Source: a virus (lineage: Duplodnaviria > Caudoviricetes). From it: a stretch of DNA of 46,623 nucleotides. Position numbers and translations under genes: made by a program. The stretch covers positions 1 to 46,623 of the IMG/VR virus record IMGVR_UViG_3300037743_000186, one strand, 5' to 3'. Below, one piece after another: positions 25,412-35,339 of this stretch. The stretch's first letter is position 1. The number at the start of each line of letters is the position of its first letter. The notes beneath the pieces were generated by a model, which saw nothing but the letters and a program-made list of their open reading frames with translations, did no database searches and had not been told where the DNA came from.

Positions 25412-25969
25412 ATGACCTACCAGCAGCAGCCCGACCCGCAGCCGGCCCACAGCCAGCCACCGGCCAGGGCGCCCAAACACAAGCTCACCTTCCCAACGTG
25501 GCTGATCGCGATCAGCATCACCCTGGTCGCCCTGTGCTGCGTCGGCGGCGGGATCCTCGCCGTGGTCGGCATCGCCGGCACCGACACGAATGATCCCGGC
25601 CGCGACATCCGGCCGGAGACTGCCGAGCCGGTCGGCGACGGCGAGCCGGCCGACGAACCCGACGCGCTGTATCACGAGCCGGACGCCGAGGACTTCGAGC
25701 TGACGGTGAAGACCCTGTCGAAGGAGTGCTTCGGCTCGGCCGGTTGCCTGATCGACTTCCGGATCGAGTTGGCCTACGTCCACACCGGCGGCGACCTCGA
25801 CCCGGCGATCACATACGAGGTGACCTACGAGATCAGCGGCGGCGAGAGCTCGTACGTCAACACGCTGACCGTGACCGGCGACCAGTACTCCACGGAGGAG
25901 TCGGAGTCCATCAGCACAGCCTCCGACGTGGAGCTGGGTGTGAAGATCACCGACGTGTCGGAACTCTGA
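25412..25969 (+). CDS. Membrane-anchored extracytoplasmic protein
   Basis: TM helix with LCCVGG, acidic linker, FELTVKTLSKECFGSAGC beta domain of a common actinophage membrane family. Confidence 0.8.
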   Translation: MTYQQQPDPQPAHSQPPARAPKHKLTFPTWLIAISITLVALCCVGGGILAVVGIAGTDTNDPGRDIRPETAEPVGDGEPADEPDALYHEPDAEDFELTVKTLSKECFGSAGCLIDFRIELAYVHTGGDLDPAITYEVTYEISGGESSYVNTLTVTGDQYSTEESESISTASDVELGVKITDVSEL

Positions 25970-25985
25970 CCCCGGGCACGACGAA

Positions 25986-26019
25986 GGAGCCCTCCCGGGC
26001 TGTCACCCGGGAGGGCTCC
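25986..26019. terminator. Bidirectional terminator between convergent operons
   Basis: 14-bp perfect stem ggagccctcccggg / cccgggagggctcc. Confidence 0.8.
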
Positions 26020-26037
26020 CTTATGCCATTCTTCGGT

Positions 26038-26253
26038 TCAGGGCTGGAAATCGCCCTTGTCGGCGTTCGGCGGGCGCGGGTCCTCACTGTTGTTCTCGTG
26101 GCCGGCCCTGTTGACGCACACCCATCCGCCGTCGGACGGGTTGACCGCGGCCTCCTGGCCGGGTGGGCAGGTGATCGGGTCGGCCTGTGCCGGGCTGGCC
26201 GCGGCGCCGACGCCGGCGGCGACCAGCGCCACGATGATGAGCAGCTTACGCAT
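26038..26253 (-). CDS. Small secreted protein with one Cys pair
   Basis: AAGGAGG RBS; Sec signal MRKLLIIVALVAAGVGAAASPAQA/D; mature part has two Cys. Confidence 0.75.
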   Translation of the reverse strand: MRKLLIIVALVAAGVGAAASPAQADPITCPPGQEAAVNPSDGGWVCVNRAGHENNSEDPRPPNADKGDFQP

Positions 26254-26317
26254 GATGCCTCCTTGTTCAGGTCCCATTATCCCGTGTCCGGCCGACACTG
26301 GGAGCCGCCCGGCTAGG

Positions 26318-26584
26318 TCATTCCCAGTACCAGCGCCACGGCCAGTAGGTCATGTGAGGCACCAGCCACACCGTGAGCACCACCAGCACGGTGGTGAACG
26401 TGGCCACGGCCCACCGCCGCCGTGGCCGCGGTGGGTTCACCCCGAGCTGCCGTCTGGTCCACTCGCTCAGCGTGCCACCCCGGCCGGGGTCCACCAGTGC
26501 GACCGTCTGGGCGAAGACGAACCCGCCGGTGAGCACGGTCAGCCACGCTAGCCAGAACCAGGTCAACCAGCCCGGGTCAGTCAC
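26318..26584 (-). CDS. Trp-rich two-TM membrane protein
   Basis: Two TM helices around GGTLSEWTR; GTGA-coupled to holin. Confidence 0.75.
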   Translation of the reverse strand: MTDPGWLTWFWLAWLTVLTGGFVFAQTVALVDPGRGGTLSEWTRRQLGVNPPRPRRRWAVATFTTVLVVLTVWLVPHMTYWPWRWYWE

Positions 26585-26757
26585 GTCGGCAACTCGTTGG
26601 CTGGCGCCAGGTAGGTGGAGGTCGACGCCGCGACCAGCACCATCAGCCCGGCCAGCTCCGGCTCCGGCTCCACCCCGGCCATCCGTGCGACCGCAACCAC
26701 CGCGGTGGCGGTCAGCCCGCCCAGGATCGCCGCGACCAGCTTCCGTACCCGTCTCAT
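26581..26757 (-). CDS. Putative holin
   Basis: RKLVAAILG..two TM..TYLAPAN; AAGGA RBS; lysis cassette. Confidence 0.7.
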   Translation of the reverse strand: MRRVRKLVAAILGGLTATAVVAVARMAGVEPEPELAGLMVLVAASTSTYLAPANELPT

Positions 26758-26773
26758 GTGCCCATCCTTCCGG

Positions 26774-27130
26774 TCAGCCGCATCGTAGGCTCGGCGGCTC
26801 CGGCACCGGATGCGCCACCAACGCATCCCGGTACGCATCCGACGCCGCCAGGTAGGAGGCCAGCGCTATCGCGAACTGCTCCTCATCCTGGGAGGCCACC
26901 GCCCGCACCAGCCGGTCCAACGCATCCGTGCGCGCCCCGGATAGGTCACCCAGCACGGTGGTACGGGCGACGCTGGCGTCGCCCCACGCCTGCGTGCACT
27001 CGATGATCCGCTCCTGTTCCCGGGCGATGCCTTGGACCCGCACGAACCCGGGTACGGTGACCACCGCGACCACGATCACCATGACCACAAACGGGCGACC
27101 GCTCAGCCAGCGGACAATCCGGAGGATCAC
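26774..27130 (-). CDS. Lysis-cassette membrane protein with extracytoplasmic Cys pair
   Basis: N-terminal TM, helical domain, C-terminal PVPEPP..RCG. Confidence 0.7.
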   Translation of the reverse strand: MILRIVRWLSGRPFVVMVIVVAVVTVPGFVRVQGIAREQERIIECTQAWGDASVARTTVLGDLSGARTDALDRLVRAVASQDEEQFAIALASYLAASDAYRDALVAHPVPEPPSLRCG

Positions 27131-27131
27131 G

Positions 27132-27221
27132 TCAGCTCGTCAGCCACAGCATGAACGAGACCACCGCCGCCGCGGTCAGGTAGATGACCGTGACCGGGTA
27201 CCGCTTAGTCAGTGTTGCCAT
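27132..27221 (-). CDS. 29-aa single-TM microprotein
   Basis: Read manually: MATLTKRYPVTVIYLTAAAVVSFMLWLTS, GAGGAG RBS; fills the gap. Confidence 0.6.
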   Translation of the reverse strand: MATLTKRYPVTVIYLTAAAVVSFMLWLTS

Positions 27222-27420
27222 TGCGTCGACTCCTCGCCTCATCGACCCGCATGACCACGGGGCTGAGCAGGATCGCGCCGAGGAAGCTGAGCACCGCGGC
27301 GCGTGCCCCCCCCAGTGTGACCTCCCACATGGTCAGCGCGAGCGCCACGCTCACCACGGCGGTGTCCCGGACCGGCCGGCTCACCCATCGGCCCTGCGAA
27401 CCGTTGGCATTCGGGCTCAC
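27205..27420 (-). CDS. Two-TM membrane protein (holin-like)
   Basis: GTGA-coupled to endolysin; two hydrophobic helices. Confidence 0.7.
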   Translation of the reverse strand: MSPNANGSQGRWVSRPVRDTAVVSVALALTMWEVTLGGARAAVLSFLGAILLSPVVMRVDEARSRRNGNTD

Positions 27421-28370
27421 ACCTGGTCCAGTCCGCCGAGTGCCGCCCGCACCCCGGCCTCGGCCGCGGCCACCAGCCGCTCGTCGGCCACCTCACCCAG
27501 CTGCTCGCGCAGCCCGGCCAGCACCGCCGGCACCAGCACCCGGCCCAGCTCGGCCAGCAGCGCGGCCCGGTGGGTGTCCAGCTCGGCCCGCACCGCCGCG
27601 GCCACGTCCTCACCGGCGACCGCCGCCAGGATCGCCGCCTGCCCGGCCGCCAGCTCCTCGACCTGAGCCACCGCCCGCCACGCCCCGTTGCGGATGGACG
27701 ACAGGTAGGACGCGGCCTGCCAGGTGGGGTTGGTGGCTGCGCTGGGCACGTCCGGGGCGGGTATCCCGTCCCGCCGCCAGATGGTGGCGTAGATCCGGTC
27801 CAGATCCTCGGTGGTCAACGCCACGGTGTCCTCCTCCAGTAGTGCCGCCACCCGGCGACGGAACGCGTCCATGTCGACCCCGAGCGGGTCGGACTTGCCG
27901 GACTGGTGCTCCCGGTGCGCCACCACCACGGAGGCCGGCCAGCCCATGTGCCGGCAGATCGCGGCCACACCCCGCTGGTAGCTGTCGAGCATCGTGGCCG
28001 TCCAAGGTTCGCCCCGGTTGTCGTTCTGGGCCTCGACCCCGATCAGCGCGCTGTTGCCGAACCCCCGGTGGGGTCCCTTGTCGCCGGTCAGCACGTGGTT
28101 GCACCGGCCGGACGCGCCCACCGTCCACGTGCCGGAGCGGGACAGGTACAGCTGGGAGATCGGCACCGGTGCGGAGGTGGAGCCGGTCTCCCACAGCACC
28201 CGCATCTCCCCGGCGTCGGTTGAGGTACGGGACCCGCCGGTGGCGTGACAGATCACGCCACGCAGCGGCCCCCACGTCTCGTTGCCCCGGGTCTGCCATC
28301 CACTGTAGGTATGCGCCGTCAGGCCGGCGTCACGCAGCACCTGAGGCAGCCACAGCAGCCGTAAGCTCAT
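27417..28370 (-). CDS. Endolysin, N-acetylmuramoyl-L-alanine amidase (Amidase_2-like)
   Basis: GVICHATG, CNH, GNSALIGVEA, AHREH..KSDP zinc-amidase motifs; helical C-terminal domain. Confidence 0.9.
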   Translation of the reverse strand: MSLRLLWLPQVLRDAGLTAHTYSGWQTRGNETWGPLRGVICHATGGSRTSTDAGEMRVLWETGSTSAPVPISQLYLSRSGTWTVGASGRCNHVLTGDKGPHRGFGNSALIGVEAQNDNRGEPWTATMLDSYQRGVAAICRHMGWPASVVVAHREHQSGKSDPLGVDMDAFRRRVAALLEEDTVALTTEDLDRIYATIWRRDGIPAPDVPSAATNPTWQAASYLSSIRNGAWRAVAQVEELAAGQAAILAAVAGEDVAAAVRAELDTHRAALLAELGRVLVPAVLAGLREQLGEVADERLVAAAEAGVRAALGGLDQV

Positions 28371-28374
28371 CGAC

Positions 28375-28815
28375 TCAGCCGCTCACGTAGTACACGGTCA
28401 GATACGTGGGCCTGGTGCCCGACGCCTCCAGGAAGCAGTTTCCGCCGGCGCCAACCCGCACCCCGGTGACCACCCAGGTCCGGTTCTCGGTGCCGGTCGC
28501 CGTGATCTTGCGCTCCATGTGGCTACTGGCGCCAGAGGTGGTGGAGCCGGTGATGTTGCACCGGTCGGTCTGCCGCTCGGTCCCGTTCGCATCGGTGTCC
28601 CGGATCCGGAACGTGATCGCGTCTGTTCCGGTGCTGGAGTTGCCGTGACCGTCGAAGACGATCCGGTAGGTCCGGCCGGCCACCACCGGGGCGGTCACGC
28701 TGATCACGGTCGTCTCGGTGGTGGTGAACGTAGAGCTGTCGGCGGTCACCTCGGTCGAGGCGATCTCCTCCCCCGGGATGCGTCCGGCTACCAGCAATTG
28801 CCCTGCACTGCTCAC
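28375..28815 (-). CDS. Minor tail protein
   Basis: Thr/Ser-rich beta protein at end of tail module. Confidence 0.7.
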   Translation of the reverse strand: MSSAGQLLVAGRIPGEEIASTEVTADSSTFTTTETTVISVTAPVVAGRTYRIVFDGHGNSSTGTDAITFRIRDTDANGTERQTDRCNITGSTTSGASSHMERKITATGTENRTWVVTGVRVGAGGNCFLEASGTRPTYLTVYYVSG

Positions 28816-28822
28816 GATGACC

Positions 28823-30967
28823 TCACAGTCCGATGTGCGCCTTGTGGAAGAACTCGACTGGCGTGCCCGACGCGTGCGACTTCACGATCCCGTTTTGCGA
28901 CCGGCCCACGGTCAGGGTGCACGTCCGCGCGGGGAAGCTGCCGGCCATCGCCCCGACCGCCGTGACGGTCATGACCTCCCCGCCGACCTTGATCGGGAAG
29001 TCGGCCTCGTGCGACCAGTCCGGGCCGGCGCCGCAGGTGATGTCCACCCCCGTCTCGGTGGTGTCGAGCGCCTCGGCGAGGGTGGCGGAGTCCGACCCGA
29101 TCACCCCCAGCTCGGCGTGCTCGACCTCGCCGATCCCGAACGGCGCGGCCGGCATCGTCACAAAGGTGATCTTGCGGGTGTGGGAGCCGATCGCCTCGGT
29201 CCACCCCAGCACCAGCAACTGCGCCAGGTCCGGGCTCAGCTCGCTCGGCAGGTTCGCGACGGTGATCAGGTCGCCCAACTCGATCTGGTTGACCTCGGAC
29301 ACCAGCCCGGGTGAGGCGACCAGGTCGACGGTCAGCCGCGGGTAGCGGGTGCCGCCGACGGTCCCCAGCAGCAGCCGCCAGCCGGCCGCATCGCCCAGCA
29401 TCTCGTCGCCCATCACGTTCACAGTGACGCCGGTGGCCACCCGACCGATCGCGTCCACGCCCAGCGGCCCATCCTCGTCCACCGCCCGGGCGGAGTCGCC
29501 GTCGCGGCGGGTCACCGTCACGTCGTTGCGGGTGCCCTGGTCGTCGATCGTCGGCTCCAGCGGCTGCGCCACGTCCCCGTCGTCGTAGTCGAGCTCCAGC
29601 GCCGGGGTCTGGTTATACCGGCTGCGGCCGGTGTAGTAGGCGACCGTGCCGGAGACCTGCCGGTGGTCGGTGACCACCCCATCGTCGGCGTCGGCCGCCT
29701 CCCTGATGATCGCCATCAGCCCGTCGGGGTACTGCGGGCCGAGCGGCACGGTGTCGGCCGTGGTGCCCTCGTCCACGCTGAACGAGATGTCCTCCTCCAG
29801 CAGCACCCGGTCGATCCGCTCGGCGGCCGGCTCACCAGCGTGACCCTGGTAGGCCGCCAGGGTGTCCGCGAGCGCCGGGGGGGTGCCGACCCACACCGCC
29901 AGGTCCGAGAACACCACCGTCCCCGGCTGGTCGGTGTACGCGACCACCCGGGCCGTGGCGACCGCCAGGTCCGCGAAGCTCGACGAATCGGTGGAGGAGA
30001 TCACCGCAGTCCCGTCCACCGACACCACATAGGTCAGCAGCCCGGTACCCGGGGTCACCGTCACATCAGTGCGCACATGGTGCATCTGGCCGTCCGCGAT
30101 GGCCGGGAAGGGCACGGCCACAAAGACCACCGCCGCCGGCCTGATCCACAGCCTGAGCTGCCAGACCGGAATGGTCTCCCCGACGGCCATCAGGTTCAGC
30201 GTCTCCAAGGAGATCGACAGGTCGCTGGCGAGCTGCTCTCCGGCCTCCAGCCGCACCATGTGTCCGGCCAGCCGCGGCAGCCGGGCCTGGGGGAGCCGCA
30301 GCGCCACGTCGAACACCAGCCGCACCGGCACGCCGGTGGCCAGCCGCGCCGTCGCCGGGGCGCCCGGGTCGTCCAACGCCACGTCCCCCCGCATGGTCGC
30401 AGCCGCGCCGAGCCACGGGGACATCTCGTCGGTGCCCCAGCTCTGGTTGGGCAGCACCATCCGCATCGGGCCGCCGCGCACCGCCGGCATCACCCGCGGG
30501 CCGCCGCCCCGCAGCGGCCAGTAGGCGGCCAGGTTCGTCGCCCCGGCACCCTTGGTCAGGTACCGGTACACAGTGTTCTCCAGCGGGTCGTCACCCTGCC
30601 CGAGCCGGCGGGTGACGCCGGTGGCGACCACCTCGACCCACCGGAACGGCGGGATGTTCGGCCCGCCAAGCGTCTGCCGGGGTGTCCAGCTCGCCACCTC
30701 GCCGGTGAACCGGATCGGCCCGGACACCATGGCGATCTTGATGGTGGTGTTCCGGCCGATCAGCCCGTACAGGTCGGAGGTCGGGTTGTCCGGGAAGTAC
30801 TCCCAGCCCTTGAAACTGAGCGTCGCAGTCGACGGGGCGGGCTGCTGTGTCTCGTCCTGGCGGCCGCGGGTGATCGTGATCTGGTGGCCGACCAGCACAT
30901 CGGAGGTGACATCGGTGAACACCCCGTCCAGCCTCAGTGAGACCTGGACCGGCTGCTTGGCCACCAT
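28823..30967 (-). CDS. Minor tail (tail tip/hub) protein with LamG-like insert
   Basis: TDVTSDV..ITITRGR.DE..PS..GRNT, AYWPL, DDQ.TRNDVTVTR, RYPRLTVDL, R..NG.VKSH..G; follows tape measure. Confidence 0.85.
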   Translation of the reverse strand: MVAKQPVQVSLRLDGVFTDVTSDVLVGHQITITRGRQDETQQPAPSTATLSFKGWEYFPDNPTSDLYGLIGRNTTIKIAMVSGPIRFTGEVASWTPRQTLGGPNIPPFRWVEVVATGVTRRLGQGDDPLENTVYRYLTKGAGATNLAAYWPLRGGGPRVMPAVRGGPMRMVLPNQSWGTDEMSPWLGAAATMRGDVALDDPGAPATARLATGVPVRLVFDVALRLPQARLPRLAGHMVRLEAGEQLASDLSISLETLNLMAVGETIPVWQLRLWIRPAAVVFVAVPFPAIADGQMHHVRTDVTVTPGTGLLTYVVSVDGTAVISSTDSSSFADLAVATARVVAYTDQPGTVVFSDLAVWVGTPPALADTLAAYQGHAGEPAAERIDRVLLEEDISFSVDEGTTADTVPLGPQYPDGLMAIIREAADADDGVVTDHRQVSGTVAYYTGRSRYNQTPALELDYDDGDVAQPLEPTIDDQGTRNDVTVTRRDGDSARAVDEDGPLGVDAIGRVATGVTVNVMGDEMLGDAAGWRLLLGTVGGTRYPRLTVDLVASPGLVSEVNQIELGDLITVANLPSELSPDLAQLLVLGWTEAIGSHTRKITFVTMPAAPFGIGEVEHAELGVIGSDSATLAEALDTTETGVDITCGAGPDWSHEADFPIKVGGEVMTVTAVGAMAGSFPARTCTLTVGRSQNGIVKSHASGTPVEFFHKAHIGL

Positions 30968-30968
30968 C

Positions 30969-32879
30969 TCAGCCTCCGGTGCCAAGCACAAGCTGAGCGT
31001 TACCGCCGCGGACACGAACAGCCCGAGCGACCGCCTCCACCAGCGCGTCATCCCACCTGCTCCCTCCGGAGCGGATCTCGATCACGACCGTGGTGGACTG
31101 CCCACCGCCGGCCGCCGAACCGCCGGGGGTGAGGTTGGCCAGCAGCGCCCGGTTGGACTGCGCGGTCGGGCGGTCCACCACCCACTCCCCAGCCGTCAGC
31201 ATGGCTGGCACCCGGTCGATGCCGGTGAACGGCCCCGGCACCTCCCCGCCGTGCTGGCCGAAGAAGACGCTCTGGCTACCGCCGCCGATCGCCGTGGGTG
31301 GCGCCCCTGACGTGGTGAACCTGGTGTGGATGTTGATGTCAACCTTCGGGCGGATCTTGTCCAACTCAGCGTTGACCCGCTGCCGGAACTCGGTCATCTG
31401 GCCGCGTAGGTCCTTCAGCTTGCTGCCGATCCCGGGAATCCAGCCGAAGGCGATCTGTGCGGAGGTCAGGGTGGCATCGGCCCAGAACAGGGCGACCCCG
31501 ATCATCCCCTCGAGGATCGTGGCGAACAAGCCGGCGGCCGCGTTCCAGGCGAACTGGAGCTGCTTCCAGAAGTTGATCTGTCCGGCGATCAGCACCCCGG
31601 CCAACTTGGTGAACTCCGTCAGCCCCTGCTCGTTCTGGACCATGGTGTCCTGGAAGACCCCGGCGAAGGACTCCAGCTCAGGCACCACCCGCTTGCCGAG
31701 CTGGGTTTCGGCGGTGTCGCCGAGCACCTTGAAGGTGTCGCCGAGTCCTTCGCTGTTATCGCCGATCTGCTCGAACCAGTCGAGCACGCCCTCAAGGGCA
31801 GGCGCCAGCTTCTCGCCGAGGCTCAGCTTAAGGTCGTCGATGCGGACCTTGAGCTTGTCCCAGCTCCGGCCGATCCCCTCGTCCATCCGGCCGAACGCCT
31901 CGTCGGTGGCGCCGGAGGACTCGGCCATCTCACCCAGCGCCGAGTTGAAGGCGGCCGCCCCGGACTCCGAGGTCAGCGCCAGCGCCGCGTTGCCGGCCTC
32001 GACCGAGCCGAACAGGTTGGACAGGCTGGTGTTGCCGTCCTTCGCGTGCTCGGCCATCAGCGCGAGCGCTTCCTGGACCGAGCCACCGTCCCGGACGAAG
32101 TTGGCGAAGCTCTTGCCGGACAGGTCCTGGAAGGTGGCGGCGGCCTTGCCGCCCTCCTTGTTCAGCTCAACGAACAGCTGCCGCAGCTGGGTGGTCGCCA
32201 CCGCGGTCGGCACGCCTTGGACGGTCATCGCGGCCAGCGCGGCGGTCACCGTTTCGAACCCGATTCCCAGCGCCGCCGCGGTGGGGACCACCTGGAACAG
32301 GGAGGTGGACAGCTCGCCGACGGTCGTCTTGCCAAGCTTGACCGCGGTGAAGAACAGGTCCGAGGCCTTCTCCGCGGACAGGTTCTCCTTGCCATAGGCG
32401 TTCGTGACGCTGGTGAGCCCGTCGACCGCGGTCTCCAGCGTGGTCACCCCGCCGATGCTCAGCTTCGCCGCAGAGGTCAGGAAGTCGAACACGTTCTCCG
32501 GCGGAACACCCGACGAGATGGCCTGGTAGAGCGCCGGCACCGCGTCCGTCGTGGCGACACCCATCTCCTTGGTGAACGTCCGCACATCGTCCTGCATAGA
32601 AGCGAACCCCGCCGCCGACAAGTCGGGCAGCAGGGTCCACACCTCACGCATTGACGTATCGAAGGCAGCGAACTGGCGCACCGAGTCCACTACGAAATCC
32701 TTGACCGCGCGGGCCGCGTTGCTGAGCTGGTTGAGCGCGAAGTTGGTCACCGCCGCGGACATGCCGGCGAACGCCCCGACAGTGGACGCCTTCAGGTTGC
32801 CGAAGGACTTGCCGATCCGCTTGGTCGTATCCGACGCGCGGTCCCGGGCGATGATGTCGAACGCGAGCGGCTCAGCCAT
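30969..32879 (-). CDS. Tape measure protein (TP901-type core)
   Basis: FDIIARDRAS N-terminus, ALYQAISSG, AVKLGKTT..EL, C-terminal GG.V.G..DRVPAMLT.GE. Confidence 0.93.
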   Translation of the reverse strand: MAEPLAFDIIARDRASDTTKRIGKSFGNLKASTVGAFAGMSAAVTNFALNQLSNAARAVKDFVVDSVRQFAAFDTSMREVWTLLPDLSAAGFASMQDDVRTFTKEMGVATTDAVPALYQAISSGVPPENVFDFLTSAAKLSIGGVTTLETAVDGLTSVTNAYGKENLSAEKASDLFFTAVKLGKTTVGELSTSLFQVVPTAAALGIGFETVTAALAAMTVQGVPTAVATTQLRQLFVELNKEGGKAAATFQDLSGKSFANFVRDGGSVQEALALMAEHAKDGNTSLSNLFGSVEAGNAALALTSESGAAAFNSALGEMAESSGATDEAFGRMDEGIGRSWDKLKVRIDDLKLSLGEKLAPALEGVLDWFEQIGDNSEGLGDTFKVLGDTAETQLGKRVVPELESFAGVFQDTMVQNEQGLTEFTKLAGVLIAGQINFWKQLQFAWNAAAGLFATILEGMIGVALFWADATLTSAQIAFGWIPGIGSKLKDLRGQMTEFRQRVNAELDKIRPKVDINIHTRFTTSGAPPTAIGGGSQSVFFGQHGGEVPGPFTGIDRVPAMLTAGEWVVDRPTAQSNRALLANLTPGGSAAGGGQSTTVVIEIRSGGSRWDDALVEAVARAVRVRGGNAQLVLGTGG

Positions 32880-33440
32880 GGCTCACCGCCCCCCTATCGG
32901 ATCGGGCATCGTTCCACTCGGCGACCCACTCCGCCCGGCGCCGGAACTGGCCCAGCGTCAGCCGGCGCACATCCCACGGCGCCAGCCGGATCAGCAGCTG
33001 CATCGGCAGGTCGTAGCTGTCGATCAGCTCGCGGATCGACGGCGGGGGGCCGCCCCGGAGGAGTTCGCGGAGCGCTGGCGGGACGCCGTCCTCCTCGTCG
33101 CCCGGTTCGGCGCCGGGCTCGCCCCGTTTCCCTCGGCGTCCGGCACGTAGGCGAACTGCGCGGCCAGCACGTTGGGAGCGAACTCGGCGAAGTCGGCCGT
33201 CGGGTCGCCGGCCACCCGGACCGCCAGCCACATGAACGCGCGGATGGCCTTCAACTCCATGCCGCCGAGCCGGTCCAGCCAGTCGCCCAGCACCCGCATC
33301 CCGGTGGCGCCCTCGAACTCCTCCAGCAGCGCCATCGGCACCCGGCCCAACCCGTCGGGGGAGCAGTCCAGCTCATAGGTCCCGGCGCCGTAGACCTCCC
33401 GGTCGGCCTCGGCGAACTGGAAGCGGAACAGGTACCTCAT
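32872..33440 (-). CDS. Tail assembly chaperone with -1 programmed frameshift (short form 33024..33440; long form ends 32872)
   Basis: Slippery G GGA AAC in frame at 33132-33126; -1 frame continues GKRGEP..LAPWDVRRLTL to the TMP start. Confidence 0.85.
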
Positions 33441-33904
33441 CGGATGGCTGCCCGGATCGCGTCGTGCACCTGCTCGATCGATTCGATCATCTCATCGCGC
33501 ACCTCGTCCGCCTGGCCCTCCATCGGCTCGGTGAAGAAGCCCGGCCGGATGTCCTGGGTGAACCAATGCTCCCGGTCGGCGAACAGCGGGTGGGCGAGCT
33601 GGCCGGCCTCCAGCTTCTTGACGCTCCGCTTCACGCCGCCCTTGGTGCGGGAGATGATGCGGATGGCCGGGTCCCGGCCGCCGGTCTTGATCTGCGTACG
33701 CGGCGCGTGGGAGGCCTGGAGCAGAGCCGCGTAGCCGCCAGCCTCAGGCATGTAGTCCGGGATGGACTCCTGGACCGCCCGGCGCAGCGGCTTGGCCGCC
33801 CGGTTCAACCCGCGGAACAGCTCGCGGCGGTAGTGCTTCTCGGCGCCCTGGAGCGCCTTCCCGGCCTGCTCCAGCACCTCCACGTTGCGCAGCTCGATGC
33901 CCAC
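33437..33904 (-). CDS. HK97 gp10-like / tail completion protein
   Basis: G.L.HPLF.DREHW..Q...PGFF motif; tail operon position. Confidence 0.7.
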   Translation of the reverse strand: MGIELRNVEVLEQAGKALQGAEKHYRRELFRGLNRAAKPLRRAVQESIPDYMPEAGGYAALLQASHAPRTQIKTGGRDPAIRIISRTKGGVKRSVKKLEAGQLAHPLFADREHWFTQDIRPGFFTEPMEGQADEVRDEMIESIEQVHDAIRAAIR

Positions 33905-34302
33905 TAGCCCACCTTCTGGATGTTGGTGGCCGCGTTCCAGCTCGCGCTGATAGCCACCGCACCGGCGACCGCCCCGTTGATGCTGATGTCCGGCAGGATG
34001 GTGCCCCAAAAGTACTGACCGTTGGTGAGGGTGCTGGGGTACAGGTAGAACTTGCGCGGGAGCCCGTCGGTGGCCGCCGTGTAGGTCTGCACCGTGGCGT
34101 CGTCGTAGAAACCCGCGAAGTCGCCACTGGCATCCGGCAATCCGGCCACGTAGACCTTGTTGTCGTCGCCGAACGTCGTAACGTCGATCTTCTCGGTCGC
34201 GAAGGAGATCGACCACGAGTTCAAGAACGCCACCGGCTCGGGGGTGCCGCCGCTGGCGAGTGCCAGATATACCCTGCCCCTACGACCGCTGATTCTGGCC
34301 AC
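33904..34302 (-). CDS. Major tail (tube) protein
   Basis: MARISG..G.VY, IDVTTFGD..K.YV.GL.DA.G.F.GFYD. Confidence 0.85.
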   Translation of the reverse strand: MARISGRRGRVYLALASGGTPEPVAFLNSWSISFATEKIDVTTFGDDNKVYVAGLPDASGDFAGFYDDATVQTYTAATDGLPRKFYLYPSTLTNGQYFWGTILPDISINGAVAGAVAISASWNAATNIQKVG

Positions 34303-34316
34303 GTGTATCTCCTCTT

Positions 34317-35339
34317 CTACTTCTCCAGCAATCGCAGCATGCGCGCTGCGTTGTCCGCGAACGTGCGGTCGGCGACCGCCTGACGGGCCTTGGCTGCCGC
34401 CGCCACCCGGAGATCCTCATGCGCCAGCCACCACCGGGCCAGCTCGCCCGCCTCGGCCGGCGAGCCAAACGTGGGCAGCATCGGCAGCAGCTCGTCGCCC
34501 TCGCCACGCGGCTCCCGCAGGAACGGCAGACCGACCGCCGCCATCTCCACTTCCCGCGGACTGCAAGCCCAGCCGGCCGCCGAGTCGCCGTCCTCGGTCT
34601 CGCGCCGGTACAGGTTCAGCCCGATTTTGGCCGAGCGGTAGATGCGCACCGCCTCGGTGTTGTCCAGGCACTCGGCGATGTCGTGGGCCACGTGCTTACG
34701 CAGCGGCGAGTCCTCGGCCAGCCGCTGCCAGTTGCCGGCCAGCAGCAGATCCAGCCCGGTACGGTCCATCGCCTCGAAGAAGGCGATCCGACTGTCGAAG
34801 CCGGTGCCGACGAACGCCAGGTCCGCGGCCAGGTGCGGCTCGGCCGGGCCGGGGCAGTGCACCGTCGGCCGGTAGGCGTGCGGCAGGTAGTGGGTCGGCG
34901 CCAGCGCCCGGTACCGCTCGATGCTCACCGGGTCGTTGAGCAGGTTCAAGTCGGCGTGCGCGGCCACGGCCAGTTGCCGGGTGTCCTCGTAGGGCGTCTC
35001 GGTGTGCAGCACCACCACCCGGGTCCGGTAGCGGCGGGCCAGGTCCAGCAGTTCGGTCGGCACCAGGAACGCGGAGACTACCAGCAGCACGTCCGGTCGG
35101 GTCTTGTACAGGCAGGAGTACAGTCCGTTGACCGCCAGCTCGACCGCGGTCTCCTGCGGGATGGCCTTCCGGAACTGGCCCTCGGCGATGTTGAAGTAGG
35201 CGCCGTCGTAGAAGACCAGCCGATCATGCAGGTTGAACGGGATCACCTGGTGGCCGAGCTGTTCGAGCGCCTCCACCCACCCGGCGTACACATCCGCAAC
35301 ACTGAATGAGGGACCGGGGTGGCAGACGACAAACCGCAT
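34317..35339 (-). CDS. Glycosyltransferase, CgeB-like GT-B
   Basis: TETPYE, YLPHAY.P..H, DLAFVGT..R, Y.SAKIGLN..R, PREVE.AA, RTF..A..ML. Confidence 0.88.
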   Translation of the reverse strand: MRFVVCHPGPSFSVADVYAGWVEALEQLGHQVIPFNLHDRLVFYDGAYFNIAEGQFRKAIPQETAVELAVNGLYSCLYKTRPDVLLVVSAFLVPTELLDLARRYRTRVVVLHTETPYEDTRQLAVAAHADLNLLNDPVSIERYRALAPTHYLPHAYRPTVHCPGPAEPHLAADLAFVGTGFDSRIAFFEAMDRTGLDLLLAGNWQRLAEDSPLRKHVAHDIAECLDNTEAVRIYRSAKIGLNLYRRETEDGDSAAGWACSPREVEMAAVGLPFLREPRGEGDELLPMLPTFGSPAEAGELARWWLAHEDLRVAAAAKARQAVADRTFADNAARMLRLLEK

